From contig JBHGNT010000005.1 in assembly GCA_043228905.1 (NCBI GenBank), positions 22,320,001 to 22,384,000 of the forward strand: 64,000 nucleotides of DNA, written 5' to 3'. The stretch is from Azolla caroliniana (taxonomy: Eukaryota; Plantae; Polypodiophyta). Both the position numbers and the translations under genes were made by a program. The notes under the pieces were generated by a model. It was given only the letters and a program-made list of their open reading frames with translations, ran no database searches and was not told the DNA's origin. Below are positions 37,557 through 50,657 of the stretch, in pieces (position 1 is the first letter of the stretch; every line of letters starts with the position of its first letter).

Positions 37557-38651
37557 CTAATTGAAGTTTCCACAAGAAGTTCGGTCCGGTAATAGAAGGC
37601 CGGTGAAACTGAGCCGGGACTTGGCAAGGTCAAACTCCACCAAGTTCTCTTGTTGTTGGTAAGTGCCTAGGACAGATGGTGCGTTCACACCGGCATCTAC
37701 GAACGCCCAACAAAGAACATTACCGGCCACATTAACCATAGAGTTCCAGCCGAAGATGTACCACACAGCGCCACCCGACAATTGTAGGTCGATATCCGCC
37801 ACGCTAGGGAGCATGCTCATGTAGATGAAGTTAGTCCTGTTGAAGCAAGTGTCGAAAGGGGCTTGAGTAGACAATGGGAGGGCAGGTGTGGAGGTGCCGA
37901 ATCCGATGGCCTTCCGGAAGGCGGAACGCACACGGAGGTATAGCTTGTGTTCCAAGCGGGTGTAGGTGGTCTCGATGCTCACGTAGAGTCGGAAGGGGCC
38001 CACATTTAGAGATTTGGAGCTGACCACAATGTCCCGGACGGATATCGAGTAGGGGCTAGACACGTGGCTACTCCGGGACGATGACACGTGGAGGGTCGTG
38101 TGAGAGAAGAGAGCTGAACGGTCACTGTAATCGCCTCCCGCCCCGCCTCTCGAGAAATACCCATCCCGGCTTCCCCCTAGGAAAAGTGGCCCCTCCGGTA
38201 AGCAATATGCGAAGACACGAGAGGCATCACTTAGGCTGCTGGCGATCTGAGCTGGCAATGCCAGGTCACCGCCCCCGAGGGCCGCCTGCCCGGACCTGCC
38301 ACACCGGAATGCCACATGGCGGACCGCGGCCGGCACGACTGGAGGCCTGCCATTGGTTTGGTCGAGGCGGAGTGTGTCCTCGGAGTGCCCGTTGCGGCGG
38401 CGGAAAGTGGAGGATGTGGAGGGCTGGAAGGCGGAGGAGGCGCATCGGACGGTGGACACCCGGGCTGCGAAGGTGATGTTCACATTTTGGGGCTGGGGCG
38501 GCGTGCCGAGTGGCAGGCTCACCGTGTACACACCATCGACAAGGCGGACATTGGCGCGTAAAGGGGTCGAGGAAACATGTAATGTGGCCATGGAGGAGCC
38601 CACCATGGTGATGGTGAACATGACAAGGTAGGTAGAGAAGAAGCTCTTCAT
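37557..38651 (-). CDS. XEGIP/EDGP/TAXI-family inhibitor-like protein, copy 2, intronless
   Basis: Intact ORF paralogous to 17334-18443 with the same non-catalytic motifs (ITFAA, VSIET) and ENLVEFDLAKSRLSFT...RTSC. Confidence 0.88.
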   Translation of the reverse strand: MKSFFSTYLVMFTITMVGSSMATLHVSSTPLRANVRLVDGVYTVSLPLGTPPQPQNVNITFAARVSTVRCASSAFQPSTSSTFRRRNGHSEDTLRLDQTNGRPPVVPAAVRHVAFRCGRSGQAALGGGDLALPAQIASSLSDASRVFAYCLPEGPLFLGGSRDGYFSRGGAGGDYSDRSALFSHTTLHVSSSRSSHVSSPYSISVRDIVVSSKSLNVGPFRLYVSIETTYTRLEHKLYLRVRSAFRKAIGFGTSTPALPLSTQAPFDTCFNRTNFIYMSMLPSVADIDLQLSGGAVWYIFGWNSMVNVAGNVLCWAFVDAGVNAPSVLGTYQQQENLVEFDLAKSRLSFTGLLLPDRTSCGNFN

Positions 38652-39898
38652 AGTCACGATGACGATGAGTTCTTTAAATGTAAGTCCTTACTCATCTTTT
38701 ATAGATGACTTCTCTATCCTAGCGGGGTTGGGGATCGGGGTTAGGATCGGTAGTCTAGTCTACCACATAGCATGGTTTAGATATATTATGTGCTTTACAC
38801 CCACAACACATTTCACGCATGGACCCTGTCGAAACGATATGTGTTCGGCTTTTAGGAATAGATTTAGGTGTTGTTGCTCATCCACATTGCAAAGAGAACA
38901 AGCCTTCTAACATGCCCCACCTCGACATGGGTTGAATTGAGCATGCCCCTTGGAAATTATATTGATTTTCTTTGAAGTTTGGGAAGCATTGAGTGAGTAA
39001 CTTGCCATGTATGCTTTCCATGTCTCATACAAAATGCGACCCCTTTTACCGATTTCTCACTATTTTATGCATGAGGTGGAAACTCCCAACACATTTCCCT
39101 ACAAAGAAGCCCACTAATCTAGATTTTAATTCATCAGTCAACATCATGCATTAAAAATCATAACGATGGCTTCAACTTGGTCAACTTTAGTATTAATGTG
39201 TATATTCTATATAAATAAATGTGTGTGTGGATGCGTCAACATTTTGGAGGTTTTAATCTATTACATCTTAATGTTGACGATTTGCATCTTCAATTCCAAA
39301 ATTTAATTAGTTTTTCAGGACATTGTGGATAGGTTTTACACCGATCTCGTTTGACCATGTCCTTTTCAAACAAAGGCTTTATCTAAGGTGCATTTCGTAT
39401 CTTGTGGCTGTGGCGCCCAAGGATCCAATGTTAGGCTAAAAAGTCAATACTCTTGTTATAAGCAAGTTGACATGATAAAAGCACCTTTAGCTTCTTTATG
39501 TGAAGAACACGCCAAAAAATGAATTCAATGGTAAAATAGTTATGATTGGTCATCCCTCTGTGGATTTTCTTGAGTACGTTTGCAATTTGTATCAACACAT
39601 GTGTTTAGTATACAATAACATGCAATATAACCCGCCTAGTTTCCACCTATGTATAAGTAAGGAACCCTCAGTTCTAGTTCCAAATCTTCAAATCATATCG
39701 TTGCAGGATCCAATATCCTAGCTACAACGATAAGGCACCCAACCCTATACCAACTTTTAATTGTTTTTGCAACATTTTTGCGACCTGGTTAGAATCTAGC
39801 ATAGTTCTATCAAGCACAAATAAATGACTGAACTTTTGTTTGAACTCCTGAAGTGTTGCACTTGCACTCAACATTTTGTTGGGAGATTCGACCCAATC

Positions 39899-40353
39899 TG
39901 TTACAGGCATGACCATATAGTATCCCGTGGTGAGAATTTACCGTAGTATTCTATACACGTGGATAAGTGTGAGGGTTAAACGAGAGTGTAAAGAAGGGGA
40001 GGATTACTTTTAATCCTCATGATTGAGACAACCCATTAGGCCAAGTGTGAACTTGCCTGGGGGCCTTGGGTATCGCTATAAATAAGAGGCCTAGCTACCC
40101 TCATTTCATCATCTTGTTGACTACGTCGAGACTCTGTCTTGTGGTGGGTCAACTCTTGTAGCGAGCGCGCCAGCACCAGGTACGACTCGACACCACGACG
40201 GTGGTATGGGACGTCGATCGAGGCTCTAGTCCGTCTCGATCCCTTCGCTCGGGGGTGGTCGGGTGGATCAACACCCTTCTTTCTCTCTCTCCTTTCTATC
40301 AAGATCTATATTCTATCCTTATCTAATGCTTACATTAGTTCATGTCTCTAATA
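39899..40353 (+). mobile_element. Solo LTR (455 bp) present only in duplication copy 2
   Basis: TGTTAC...CTAATA (terminal CA probably mutated to TA); 5-bp TSD CAATC; TATAAATA inside. Absent from the homologous site near 19715 in copy 1. Confidence 0.85.
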
Positions 40354-43300
40354 CAATCCTTCTTCCTTGTTCGGGATGAGTCATCGAGGTCATACTCCTC
40401 GAGTAGGTTTCTTTCAAAAGTTACCCAATCGGGCTTGCTACTTGTATTTCTAGGATTAGAGAATGAAGGCTTGAAGCGACGATCCTTCCAAAACTTGAAT
40501 GTTGCCTTGCCATGGGTATATACCTCTCATTCGCATTTTAGTTTTATAGGACTTCATGTATCGGGTCACATCTTCCCCATCAAAGAAACCATTTGCATCC
40601 ACGATCTTTTCAATGGCCTTGTCAAGGCCTGTAGTATTGTCCCTCTCGCGAAGCGGTCCATCATCATGGCTATCACTTGATTCACCGGTCATCCTCCCTT
40701 GCAACTCATTTCATGTCGAGTTGACCAAATTTATGTCCATTATTTTAATTCTTATTTAACATTGTATCCTTTAATTATTATTATTGTTGTTGGAAGAGCA
40801 ATGGAAAGCGGAGAGTTGTTGTTTTTCTGCAGAGGAAACGATGAACAACACACACAGAAGACAACACAAGAAAAAAGACACACACAAAAATATTTTAGCG
40901 GGCACACAGAAAACCCTCATATTATTAGCTTATATACCTATTCATAAATAGTGAGAATTTACCTTTTTGGCCTTTCTCACTATCTATCAATTTCCCACTA
41001 AAGGCCAAACAAGGGATCAACAAAGCTTATGGGAAGACTGCACAAGACCTAGACATCCTACTTGATGAATATGTTACACAATATACGTAAAACAGTGTGT
41101 AACCTGAGGAACTAAGTAATTCCCATCAAGTGACAATAATGCTCTATCGCATCACGTGGTAGAGCTTTGGTCAATGCATCAGTGGCATTTTCTTGAGAGA
41201 CAACATTCTCAAGACTAATGTAGCCAACAACTATGCATTCTCAGATGAAGTGATACCGCACTCCAATGTGCTTGGTCTTTGTATGGTATATTGGGTTTTT
41301 CGCTAATGCAATGGCACTCTAACTATCACAAAACAATACGGGTACAAGTTTAGGTATGCCCATGTCACAAGCTAATCTGGATAGCCATACAGCTTCCTTG
41401 CATGCTTCGCTAGTAGCAACATACTCTGCTTTTGTAGTGGACAGAGCAGTACATTCTTGGAGACAAGATCTCCAAGATGTGGTACCTCCCATAAACTGAA
41501 AAATATACTCTGAAGTGAGTTTTCTACTCCTATAATGTATACATTTCTGCCACCTAAACATAGACACTTATTCTTGATGCCACACGGATATCTTATTATC
41601 ATTTTAATTGCCTCCCTATGTTTCTTACCAGGGTTTGACAAAAATCTGCTCACAGCTCCCACTACAAAAGCAATGTATGGCCTAGTCGCTATCATAGTGT
41701 ACATAAGACTACCAACAACTAACTGGTAATGAATTTTACTCATGAACTCCTTTTCATGATTAGATTTGGGGCATTCATCTTTGCTCAATTTAACATGCAT
41801 AGATAATGGAGTGATCAAAGGCTTTGCATTCTCCATATTAAACCTCTTGAGTATTTTGCATACATAGTCAAATTGAGACAAATAAATACATCCATTACTC
41901 CTATCCCGAGTAATACGCATTCCAAGGATCTATTTAGCATTTCCCAAATCTTTCATATCGAAGGTTTGACTCAGATTTTTCTTTAGTTTGGACAACTCAT
42001 CCTTGTTTTTACCGGCGATGAGCATGTCATCTACATAGAGTATCAAAATCACATATGAGTCATCTATACATTTCTTCGTATATAAGCATGAGTCTTCATT
42101 TCTCCTAGCATAACTTTGGGACGTCATAAAAACATCGAATTTTTTATACCGTTTTCGAGGTGATCGCATAAGGCCATATAAACTTTTCTTAAGTTTACAT
42201 ACCAAAGGCATTTTCCCATAAATTTCAAAACCCTTTGGTTGCTCCATTGAGATCTCCATGCAAAAAAACCATTTTAACATCCATTTAAAATAAATCAAGA
42301 TCATTTTTTGCAACCAATGCAAGCATCATGCGTAATGTACTCATCTTGACTACCGGAGAGAAGATTTCATTGAAATTGACTCCTTAGTATTGTTTAAAAC
42401 CTTTTGCCACAATGCGAGCTTTATACTTGGGATGAACACTATCGGATGTGTATTTGTACTTATACACCCATTTACATGGTAGTGCTTTCCTAGCTTTTGG
42501 CAAAGGCACTAAATCCCGAGTTCCATTCTTATGGATACTATCCAACTCATTTGGCATTGCTTGCTTCCATTTAGCATGATTGTGAACAAATATGGCTTCA
42601 TTGTAACATGAAGGCTCACCGACATTTGATAACATTACATAATCAACAAATTTACTAGGTGTTTTGGAGACACGGGTAGATCTCCTCAATGATTCCTAAA
42701 CATGAATACCATCTGACACGTTCGCATTCACAAGTGGAAGGATTGCGCATTCCACTTGTAGAATCTTCTTGAAACGAAGCAAATACACCCTCTCTACAAA
42801 AATTGGATGCACTAGTATCACATGTTCCTCAACTTGATTAGAATTTGCAAATATAAAAATACATGATAGGTCTACGAGTGGTGATACTATTTTTCGATGA
42901 CTGGTGATGAGCAAGACACTTACTTCGGGTCACATATGCAACTAGTATCTGACAAATGTACGGGGATCAAAGTTTCATTCGAGTATTATATCTTCCATGC
43001 GCAACAAATATGTAGAGTTGCATTCGAAATTGCGTTATGTGTTAGTAACATGTGGCTACATAGAGTACAACAACGTCTACTTAGCGGGGATCAGATGCTC
43101 AATTGTAAAGAGGTTCTAAGTATGAAAAGTGCAATTGGAAGACATGCTATTGGTTGGATGAAAAGTTACTTTCAGTTAAATTGTGAAGTAATGCCCACTA
43201 CAGGTAGGATGCACGTTTCTGATAATTATACACGTTGGGAAGTTTATGATGTTTATCGATCTAATATGGTGGGCTCACGTAATAAGTCTATTACATATAA

Positions 43301-43858
43301 CCAATTCACAAGATTATGGAGAGCTCGGTTTTCAAATGTTATCATTCCACGTAAAGTACGCATGGGGTATTGCTCCATTTGTGCAAATCTTAAAAGTTTG
43401 GCTAAAGGTGCAAAGACATCAATGGAAAAGGATATGAGTAAGAAGTTACTACAAGAGCATCGTGAGGCACAATCGTTAGAACGAAAGAAGGTGATGCATC
43501 ATAGAGAGAAGTGTTTGAAGAGGCCCGAACAATACATGTGCTTAATGATAGATGGCATGGACCAGAAGACATAGTTCCTAATATTCGCGTACGTCCAATT
43601 TACTGGACGTACGCGAACGTTTGCAAACGTACGCGTATGATATGCGATATTCGTTTGGCTTTTTTTTTTTTTTGACTTTTTTTTGGTTTTTTTAATTTTT
43701 GATATTCATAATATTTTGTGAATAGAAGTGACATCTGACACACATACACACTCTCTCTCTCTCTCTCTCACACGAGAACTGACAGATTTTCTCTCTCTAC
43801 AAAATCTAGATATCTAATATACATATTACATACTCCCTCACACAGACAAAACCCATAG

Positions 43859-43890
<32 letters not shown>

Positions 43891-43998
43891 GTGTCTAGAT
43901 ATACACTCAATCACTGTCTCCTCACACATGCAAAACAGGGCTTCTCTCTCTAGACCACACACGCTCTCAAAAAGGTTAAAGAAGAGGTTAAAAGTGAT

Positions 43999-44487
43999 AT
44001 GGAATTAGCTAAAACTGGGTGGGTTGATGTAGTAAAACGTAATATTAAAAAAGAACTAAAGGATGAAAACATTGTAAACACTACCCTCGAGGAAGAAAAA
44101 ATGCGTCAAGCTCGACGCCTAAATGTACGAGTTACTGGGCTCAAGGAAGGGGCATCTCCGGATGAAGATGCACAAACATTAGGGAAAATGATAGGGTACG
44201 AAGCCCTACCAATCACTAAAACCTGGAGGGTAGGGCGTGACACAACTAGGAAAAGAGCTTTAGTCCTTCAGTTTAAGGACTCAGAATCTAGAATCGCCTT
44301 TTTTAAAAAGAGACCAATTCTTCGAGGCTTGGGCGGGGAGCCTATCTACCTCGATGAAGACTTGACCAAGATGCAAATTGAGCATCGTAAAACTTGTATG
44401 CCACGAGTCATACAAGCTCGTAAAGAGGGGCATCGTGCTTTCTACCGGGACGGACGTGTCATAATAAATGATCGTGCCGCCAATTGA
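43999..44487 (+). CDS. LINE ORF1, C-terminal RRM/CTD-like part (5' truncated)
   Basis: NVRVTGLKE...IYLDEDLT...ARKEGHRAFYRDGRVIIN is typical of CR1/L2/RTEX-type ORF1. The frame is open upstream of the ATG. Confidence 0.75.
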   Translation: MELAKTGWVDVVKRNIKKELKDENIVNTTLEEEKMRQARRLNVRVTGLKEGASPDEDAQTLGKMIGYEALPITKTWRVGRDTTRKRALVLQFKDSESRIAFFKKRPILRGLGGEPIYLDEDLTKMQIEHRKTCMPRVIQARKEGHRAFYRDGRVIINDRAAN

Positions 44488-44493
44488 CGGCGT

Positions 44494-47400
44494 GTGGCCC
44501 ATGTGACAGATAATAAACTTAGGATCACTTTATGGAACTGTAACGGCGCACTTTGGACACATCCTGGCCTTCTAGAGGAGATTTTGAAAGTATCTGATAT
44601 ACTTTTTGTAGTAGAAACACATCAAAGCCCAAATCGAGGACTGCCACGAGTTGACGGTTTTCGTTGGGAATCTGTCTTTAGACAAACCTCACGTCGACAC
44701 ACTACTAGAGGGTCTGGGGGGGTTGCGATATTATTTCGGAAAGAGATAAATAATAGGATAGAAATACTAAAGTCAGACCCAGAAGCCCGTTTTATGTGGG
44801 TGAAAGTCCTCACTAGTAAGGATCAGGTGATATTTATCGCAGTTTGTTACTTCCCCCCGAAAGGGTCCCGCTACAATATGGCTGGAGAGGCGAGTATAGT
44901 TGATGAAGGAACGCCACATGGGCCTTCTCCATACGAACCTTTGTCGGATGACATAATCCGATATTCTTCTCAAGGGGAAGTCTTCCTGGTAGGAGATTTC
45001 AATGCGAGAACCCAGTCCCGACAATGCACAATATTTCAGATGGATAGAAACCTAGAAATGGTGAATGTCGACCCTTTAGCCTTAGGCATAACACGTACAT
45101 CGAAGGATCAAGGTGCGGATGCCACAAGCTTTGGCCATCATCTGCTTGAACTTGGAAGCCGACACCAGATGATCATATATAATGGCTTAGCCAAGTGGCC
45201 GGGCTCGGAGGAGCTCACATGTTTCCCACATGGAGGAGGGGAAAGCACTGTTGATTATCTAATAGGACGCCCTGAAGCTACCCACATGGTTAGCTCCTTC
45301 CGGGTGGCCCCATGCCCCATTGGGGCAGACCATACCTTCCTATACTTTGAGCTAAAATGTGACACCTCCCACACCACCAACTCTAGTAAACCAACCCATC
45401 ACACTATAATACATTTCACGCATGAGCTCGCGGACATCTACTCTCGACATGTTCAAGCCCATCTTTCCTCGTTTGATTCTTCCTTGCCTTTAGAGAACCT
45501 CACTACAGAACTCACACACATCCTTCACTCAGCCGCCACTAGTAGCTTCCCATACACGAAAGACTCCAATCATAGTAGAATAGGGTCTATGCCACAAAAC
45601 AAGTGGTATGACGAGGATTGTAGAGAGTTGTATAGACAACTTAAAGTATCGCGACTCAGTGGTACTATCTCCTTAGTACAGGCTCGCAAAGAGATGCGCA
45701 AGATGACACGTCGTAAAAGACGAGCTTGGGAAGCATCTCAATATTGGGAACTCTACCATATGCTCATGAGTAGGGATTGTGCCCTTGCATGGAAGAGACT
45801 ACGGGAACCGAGACCACAAACACCCATCGAGGATCCCAATATTTGGCACACATATACCGAGAGACTCTACCATGTCCCGAACCAACCACCCATTCCAATG
45901 CCCTCCACACCTCGACCTACCATGGGGACACTTTTCACGACCTCTAGGGTCACGAAGGTCATAAAAAAATTACAACATAGGAAATCCATGGACCACACAG
46001 GATTGCGAGCCGAGCACATCATATATGCTCGAGAGTGCCTAGCTCCCCTTCTCACTCTAATCTTCAACCGCGCCCTCGCCGAGGGTTTTCCACCACAATG
46101 GGCCATGAACACTGTGGCCCCTATACATAAAGGAGGGGACCCAATGGACCCAAATACATATAGGACCATTATGATAGGTCATACGCTTGCTAAACTATAT
46201 GGTGCAGTAATGGAAGCGGAGCTCAGTGATTATATGGAAACATTAAGTCTTCGAGCACCTGAGCAGGCTGGCTTTAGACGAGCCTTCTCCACTATTGACC
46301 ACATCTTCACACTTAGGTGCTTAATTGACCAAACAAAGGCTCGTAAGAAGAAACTATATTGTTGCTTTGTGGACTTTCGCAAAGCCTTTGATACAGTTCC
46401 TAGGGAGAGGTTGTTTGATAGACTTAAGAGCTTGGAGATACCAAATGACATGATTTGGGCCATTTATGCCCTATATGAGCAAGTCTAAGGGCGCGTAAGA
46501 TGCCCAGGTGGCCTATCCGATTGTTTCACTAGCACCATTGGTGTAAAACAGGGTTGCCCCCTATCACCGACTCTTTTTGGGATCTACATTGATGAGATCA
46601 CTGATTTTATTGCTCGTAAGGGAGGCAAAGGAGTGGCTATTGGGGATACGCAAGTTAGTCTCTTACTCTACGCAGACGACATTGTCTTGCTCTCGGAGTC
46701 GGAACACGACCTACAAAAGCATCTTAATGCCCTAGATGACTTTTGTACACAACGAGGACTGGTAGTGAATCTAGCGAAAACTAAAGTCCTTATCTTTCAT
46801 ACATCGTCCAGAGTTAGGAGTAAATGTCACCTCATCCTCTCTCATAAACTAGTTGAGGTGGTGGGATCTTATGTATACTTGGGAGTCACTTTTAGTGCTC
46901 GCTCAGGTAAATTCTCGATGACCCAGGCAGCCAAAGATAGGCTAACGAGAGGATATGCATCCCTCTCACTCTTTGAGAGACAATGCCACCAAGCATACTT
47001 TCAAGAGCCACGGACTAAGGGATGGCTTTTCGACTCATTAGTGACCCCGTCCCTCATGTATGCATCAGTAGTATGGGCTCCAGGTCTACCATCTTTCATG
47101 TGGACGCAATTGGAGAGACCTTTAGTGGTGATGTTATCACGTCAACTCCGAAGCAAATCGACAGTACCACATGACATTATTAGAGCGGAGTTTAGCCTAC
47201 CCCCGATGTTAGTAGAAGCACTCTTTCAAGTGGTAGCTTTTATTCATCGGATACATAGTCAACCACAAGATAGGATATCCCGTCGAGCCTTTGAGGCATC
47301 CCGATCCTTACATGTGTCTGGAGACACCAACTCTTGGTATAGCATTGTGGTGAGTTGGTTATTTGCAAATGGCATAGACATTAATAACCTACCTCCCCTT

Positions 47401-48240
47401 AAGTACAACCATGGGACTGATCAAACTTTAATCTCTCGTGAAGATCGTAATAAAGTGATACGCCAAGAAATATGGCAAATCTACACTCGATACAAATGGA
47501 TCACCCCACGAGAGCCACTCCCATCTAAAATGGTGTACTATAAGGAACACTTCTTGCACTTCTCTAAGTTAGGGTTTATTACACGACCAAGATACCTAGA
47601 TACTTTCTTATCAAATGCACTAAGGGTGGCCATTGGACAACTTAGGATATCATCTCACCAACTTGAGATTGAGAATGGTCGAGCTAATAGAGTCCCTAGA
47701 GAGGAAAGGCTATGTAGGTTATGCCACATAGAGATAGAGGATGAGTATCACTTCACATGCAAGTGCCCAACTTATGCCGAGATACGGGCGGAATACCAAG
47801 ACATACTAGGACCCTCTCCCACCCTCTCCAAACTATTAGATACCCCGAGTGTAAAGAGACTAGGTAGGTATATCTTAGAGCTAAAACAACATAGGGAGGA
47901 TAAATTACAAAGTGTTAATCATAACCCTTTTACTACTCATCAACATGTACCTAGTGTAATTTTTCAGGAACATGGGGAGACGATGAATGTGGATACACTT
48001 ATGCCGCTCGGCCTCTCCCTTGAGGAAGCAGAAATACAAAGAGCAACCAAACGTCCTCGGATGTTGGGCTTCAACACAAGTCAACGTGGAGTAGAAAAGA
48101 TTAAGAAGATAAGGGAACGTGAGCTACGTCGACTCGAAGCTATGGTTGGGGCACCTCTTACATGGGGACCACGGGCCACATCCACATCATGGCAACCCTT
48201 TGACCCCCCGCTTCTCTTCGAGAGACTTGGATGGAAATGA
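44494..48240 (+). pseudogene. LINE ORF2 (endonuclease + RT + zinc finger) with one in-frame TAA at 46486-46488
   Basis: LRITLWNCNG, VETHQ, LVGDFNART, STVDY, GADH; EQAGFR, FVDFRKAFD, GVKQGCPLSP, LLYADD. Both ORF halves are in the same frame. Confidence 0.9.
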
Positions 48241-50563
48241 AATTAGGCCTAGTATAGAATCATTCTCATTGTAGAACATGTTTTTTATATAGAACATGTT
48301 TGTTGTTTTCTTAGAACTATTTAGCTTAAACTCTATTTTATCTTATTTTTATTTTTACTTTCGATGAATGGGTAAATATCCCATTTTTGTTGTACACCTT
48401 TTGTCTCATGGGCCAATTTTGGCCTTAGAAGACGTTAATATATCTTTCTTTCTTTCTTTCTTTCTCTCTCTCTCTCCCCCTCACACACACACACTATGTA
48501 CACCATATACACCATATGTATATATAATATATCTATGTACCGTGTATGGATTTCAATCATACTTGGAGCCTTTTCACGTATGAGTATGATACGAATATTG
48601 ACGTTTGAGTATGACACGAATGAGACGTATGGCTAGAACTATGCCAGAAGAAGACGTGCTTGCCGCATATGCGGAGGCTCCCCAAAGATGTCAATGATGA
48701 GTGCCTTGTTCAAATGCACTTGGTGGGATGCTTGGCTTATAATAGGTCTGTTGGACCTCACGTCTTCATTACATACCCCAATGTTCACAATGACCTTAAC
48801 CTAACAATTACAATGATTCACCAAGTTTTGATGTCTTGGGGCCAACCTTTCCCCCTATTCTATACATTCAATTGGACAATACTGCTAGAGAGAACAAAAA
48901 TTCAACTGTGTTTGGCTATCTAAGTATGTTGGTCAACCAAGGATTGTTTAGGAAAGTGAAAGTCAATTTTCTTTTGGTTGGCCACACACATGACCATATA
49001 GATCAGATGTTTAGCACATTCTCCAGACAGTTGTCTTGACATGATGCTTTCACTTTACCTAAATTATTTGATGTCATTTGTGATGCATATACACCACGCC
49101 CAAAAGTGTTACACTTGAAGGAGGTATATGACTTTAAGAGATATATATCAGATGGGGGTGGTGGGAATGCTAAAGTGCTTGCCCTGGTAAACAATATAAG
49201 TTTCAATCACATTTTTATGATAAAGAAAAATGGAATAAGTGGTTCTACACTTTTGTATGCTAAACAATATTCATCTTCTACAACATGGGAACCTGAAGGT
49301 GGTTGCCAGTTATTACTTTGTATGCCGAGTACAATTGCCCATGGAGCTAAGCAAATGCCAATTGAGAAGAAAGGACAGTTGTAGAGTGACTTGGTATCGG
49401 ACCAAAAACGGTCATGGCTCCAAGCCTTAGAAGAAAAAAGAAAGCATATTGAGGTCGCCAAGAAACATGCTGCACAACAAGACACAAGACACGTCATGAT
49501 GGGATGTATTTTATAGTGATAACAAAGGAATTATAGACAATTGTGTATTTGGTGATAATTGGAATTTGGAAACGTCATTCACATGGTAGCCGCAACATGA
49601 TCGTGTAAATAGAACTCCGGAGCAACCAACAAATGCGATTAATGACAACTTGGTCCATCCACAACAAAGAGACATTTATGTGGGACCAAGGATGACCAAA
49701 GCAGCCGAAGCTAGATGGCAAGGCAATTTGCAAGAGCTCACCGCGGGGATGTTGATTGCAACGCCGACTGATGAGAACCACCAATTTTGGGTTGGTAAAA
49801 TTCTAGAAGTGCTAATGCATGAAATAGAAAACACGATCAAGTCTATAAATGTTCATTGGTACAACACTAGAAGTGCAAATGCTTTTACATGTAAGTATAC
49901 ATTGGAGATGATTGAATGCCCAACAAGAAGGGGAGGTAGGAAGCGGAAGTGAAACATTCCTAACACCTCGACCCTTGATATCTCTGATGTGGATATCATC
50001 GTGTACGACTTCACACTTACAAAAGCCGGACGATTAAGGAAGTCAACAATAGATATAATAAAAGAAAAATTACCAGGTCTACAAGGTGGCTCGAGTCAAA
50101 GGCAAACGAGATCTGCTACATATAATCTAGAGTCAAACCATTTGGTTTATGACGAAGATAATGCACTGATTGGTACATCCGAGGATGACGAGGAGGAATC
50201 GTCATTGTATATTAGTTATAGTAGTGATTCTCCGTAAAGGAGTGATCACGAATGTATATTTGGCTATTAAGTGTAACTACATTCCGCTTGTAACAAATCG
50301 AGTAATATAAAAGCATGTGTTTTGAATTCTTATGATTTCTAAAAAATCGTTTCTTATAAAATAACATTGGTTGTAAAGTTTGTGATATAAATTGAGAATG
50401 TAACTTTTTGAAATTCCTCTTTTTTTAGTTACTTCTAAATCACGAAAATAGTGGATTTTTAACCTTTTTCATAGTATGTTTGAACATGTATGATACTGGT
50501 ATCAATGTGTTTTGTAAAATCATTGAAAAAGCCCTAAAATCAACCAAAATTTCCCTTATCCTT

Positions 50564-50609
50564 TGTAAAGAATCAAGAGATGGATTCTTGTGAAGCGGAA
50601 TAGGTGTGA

Positions 50610-50657
<48 letters not shown>

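Larger units (their letters stand above)
43968..48462 (+). mobile_element. Near-intact RTEX-like LINE, 5'-truncated within ORF1, with a (TTTC)n tail
   Basis: ORF1 C-terminal part, APE endonuclease, RT, C-terminal CxxC..EDEYHF..C finger, and a microsatellite tail inside a (CT)n tract. Confidence 0.88.
43570..48643. mobile_element. hAT-type non-autonomous element (~0.6 kb of its own sequence) containing a LINE
   Basis: TIR CATAGTTC / GAACTATG; perfect 8-bp TSD CCAGAAGA. Removing it restores the transposase frame GMDQKKTCLPH. Confidence 0.9.
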
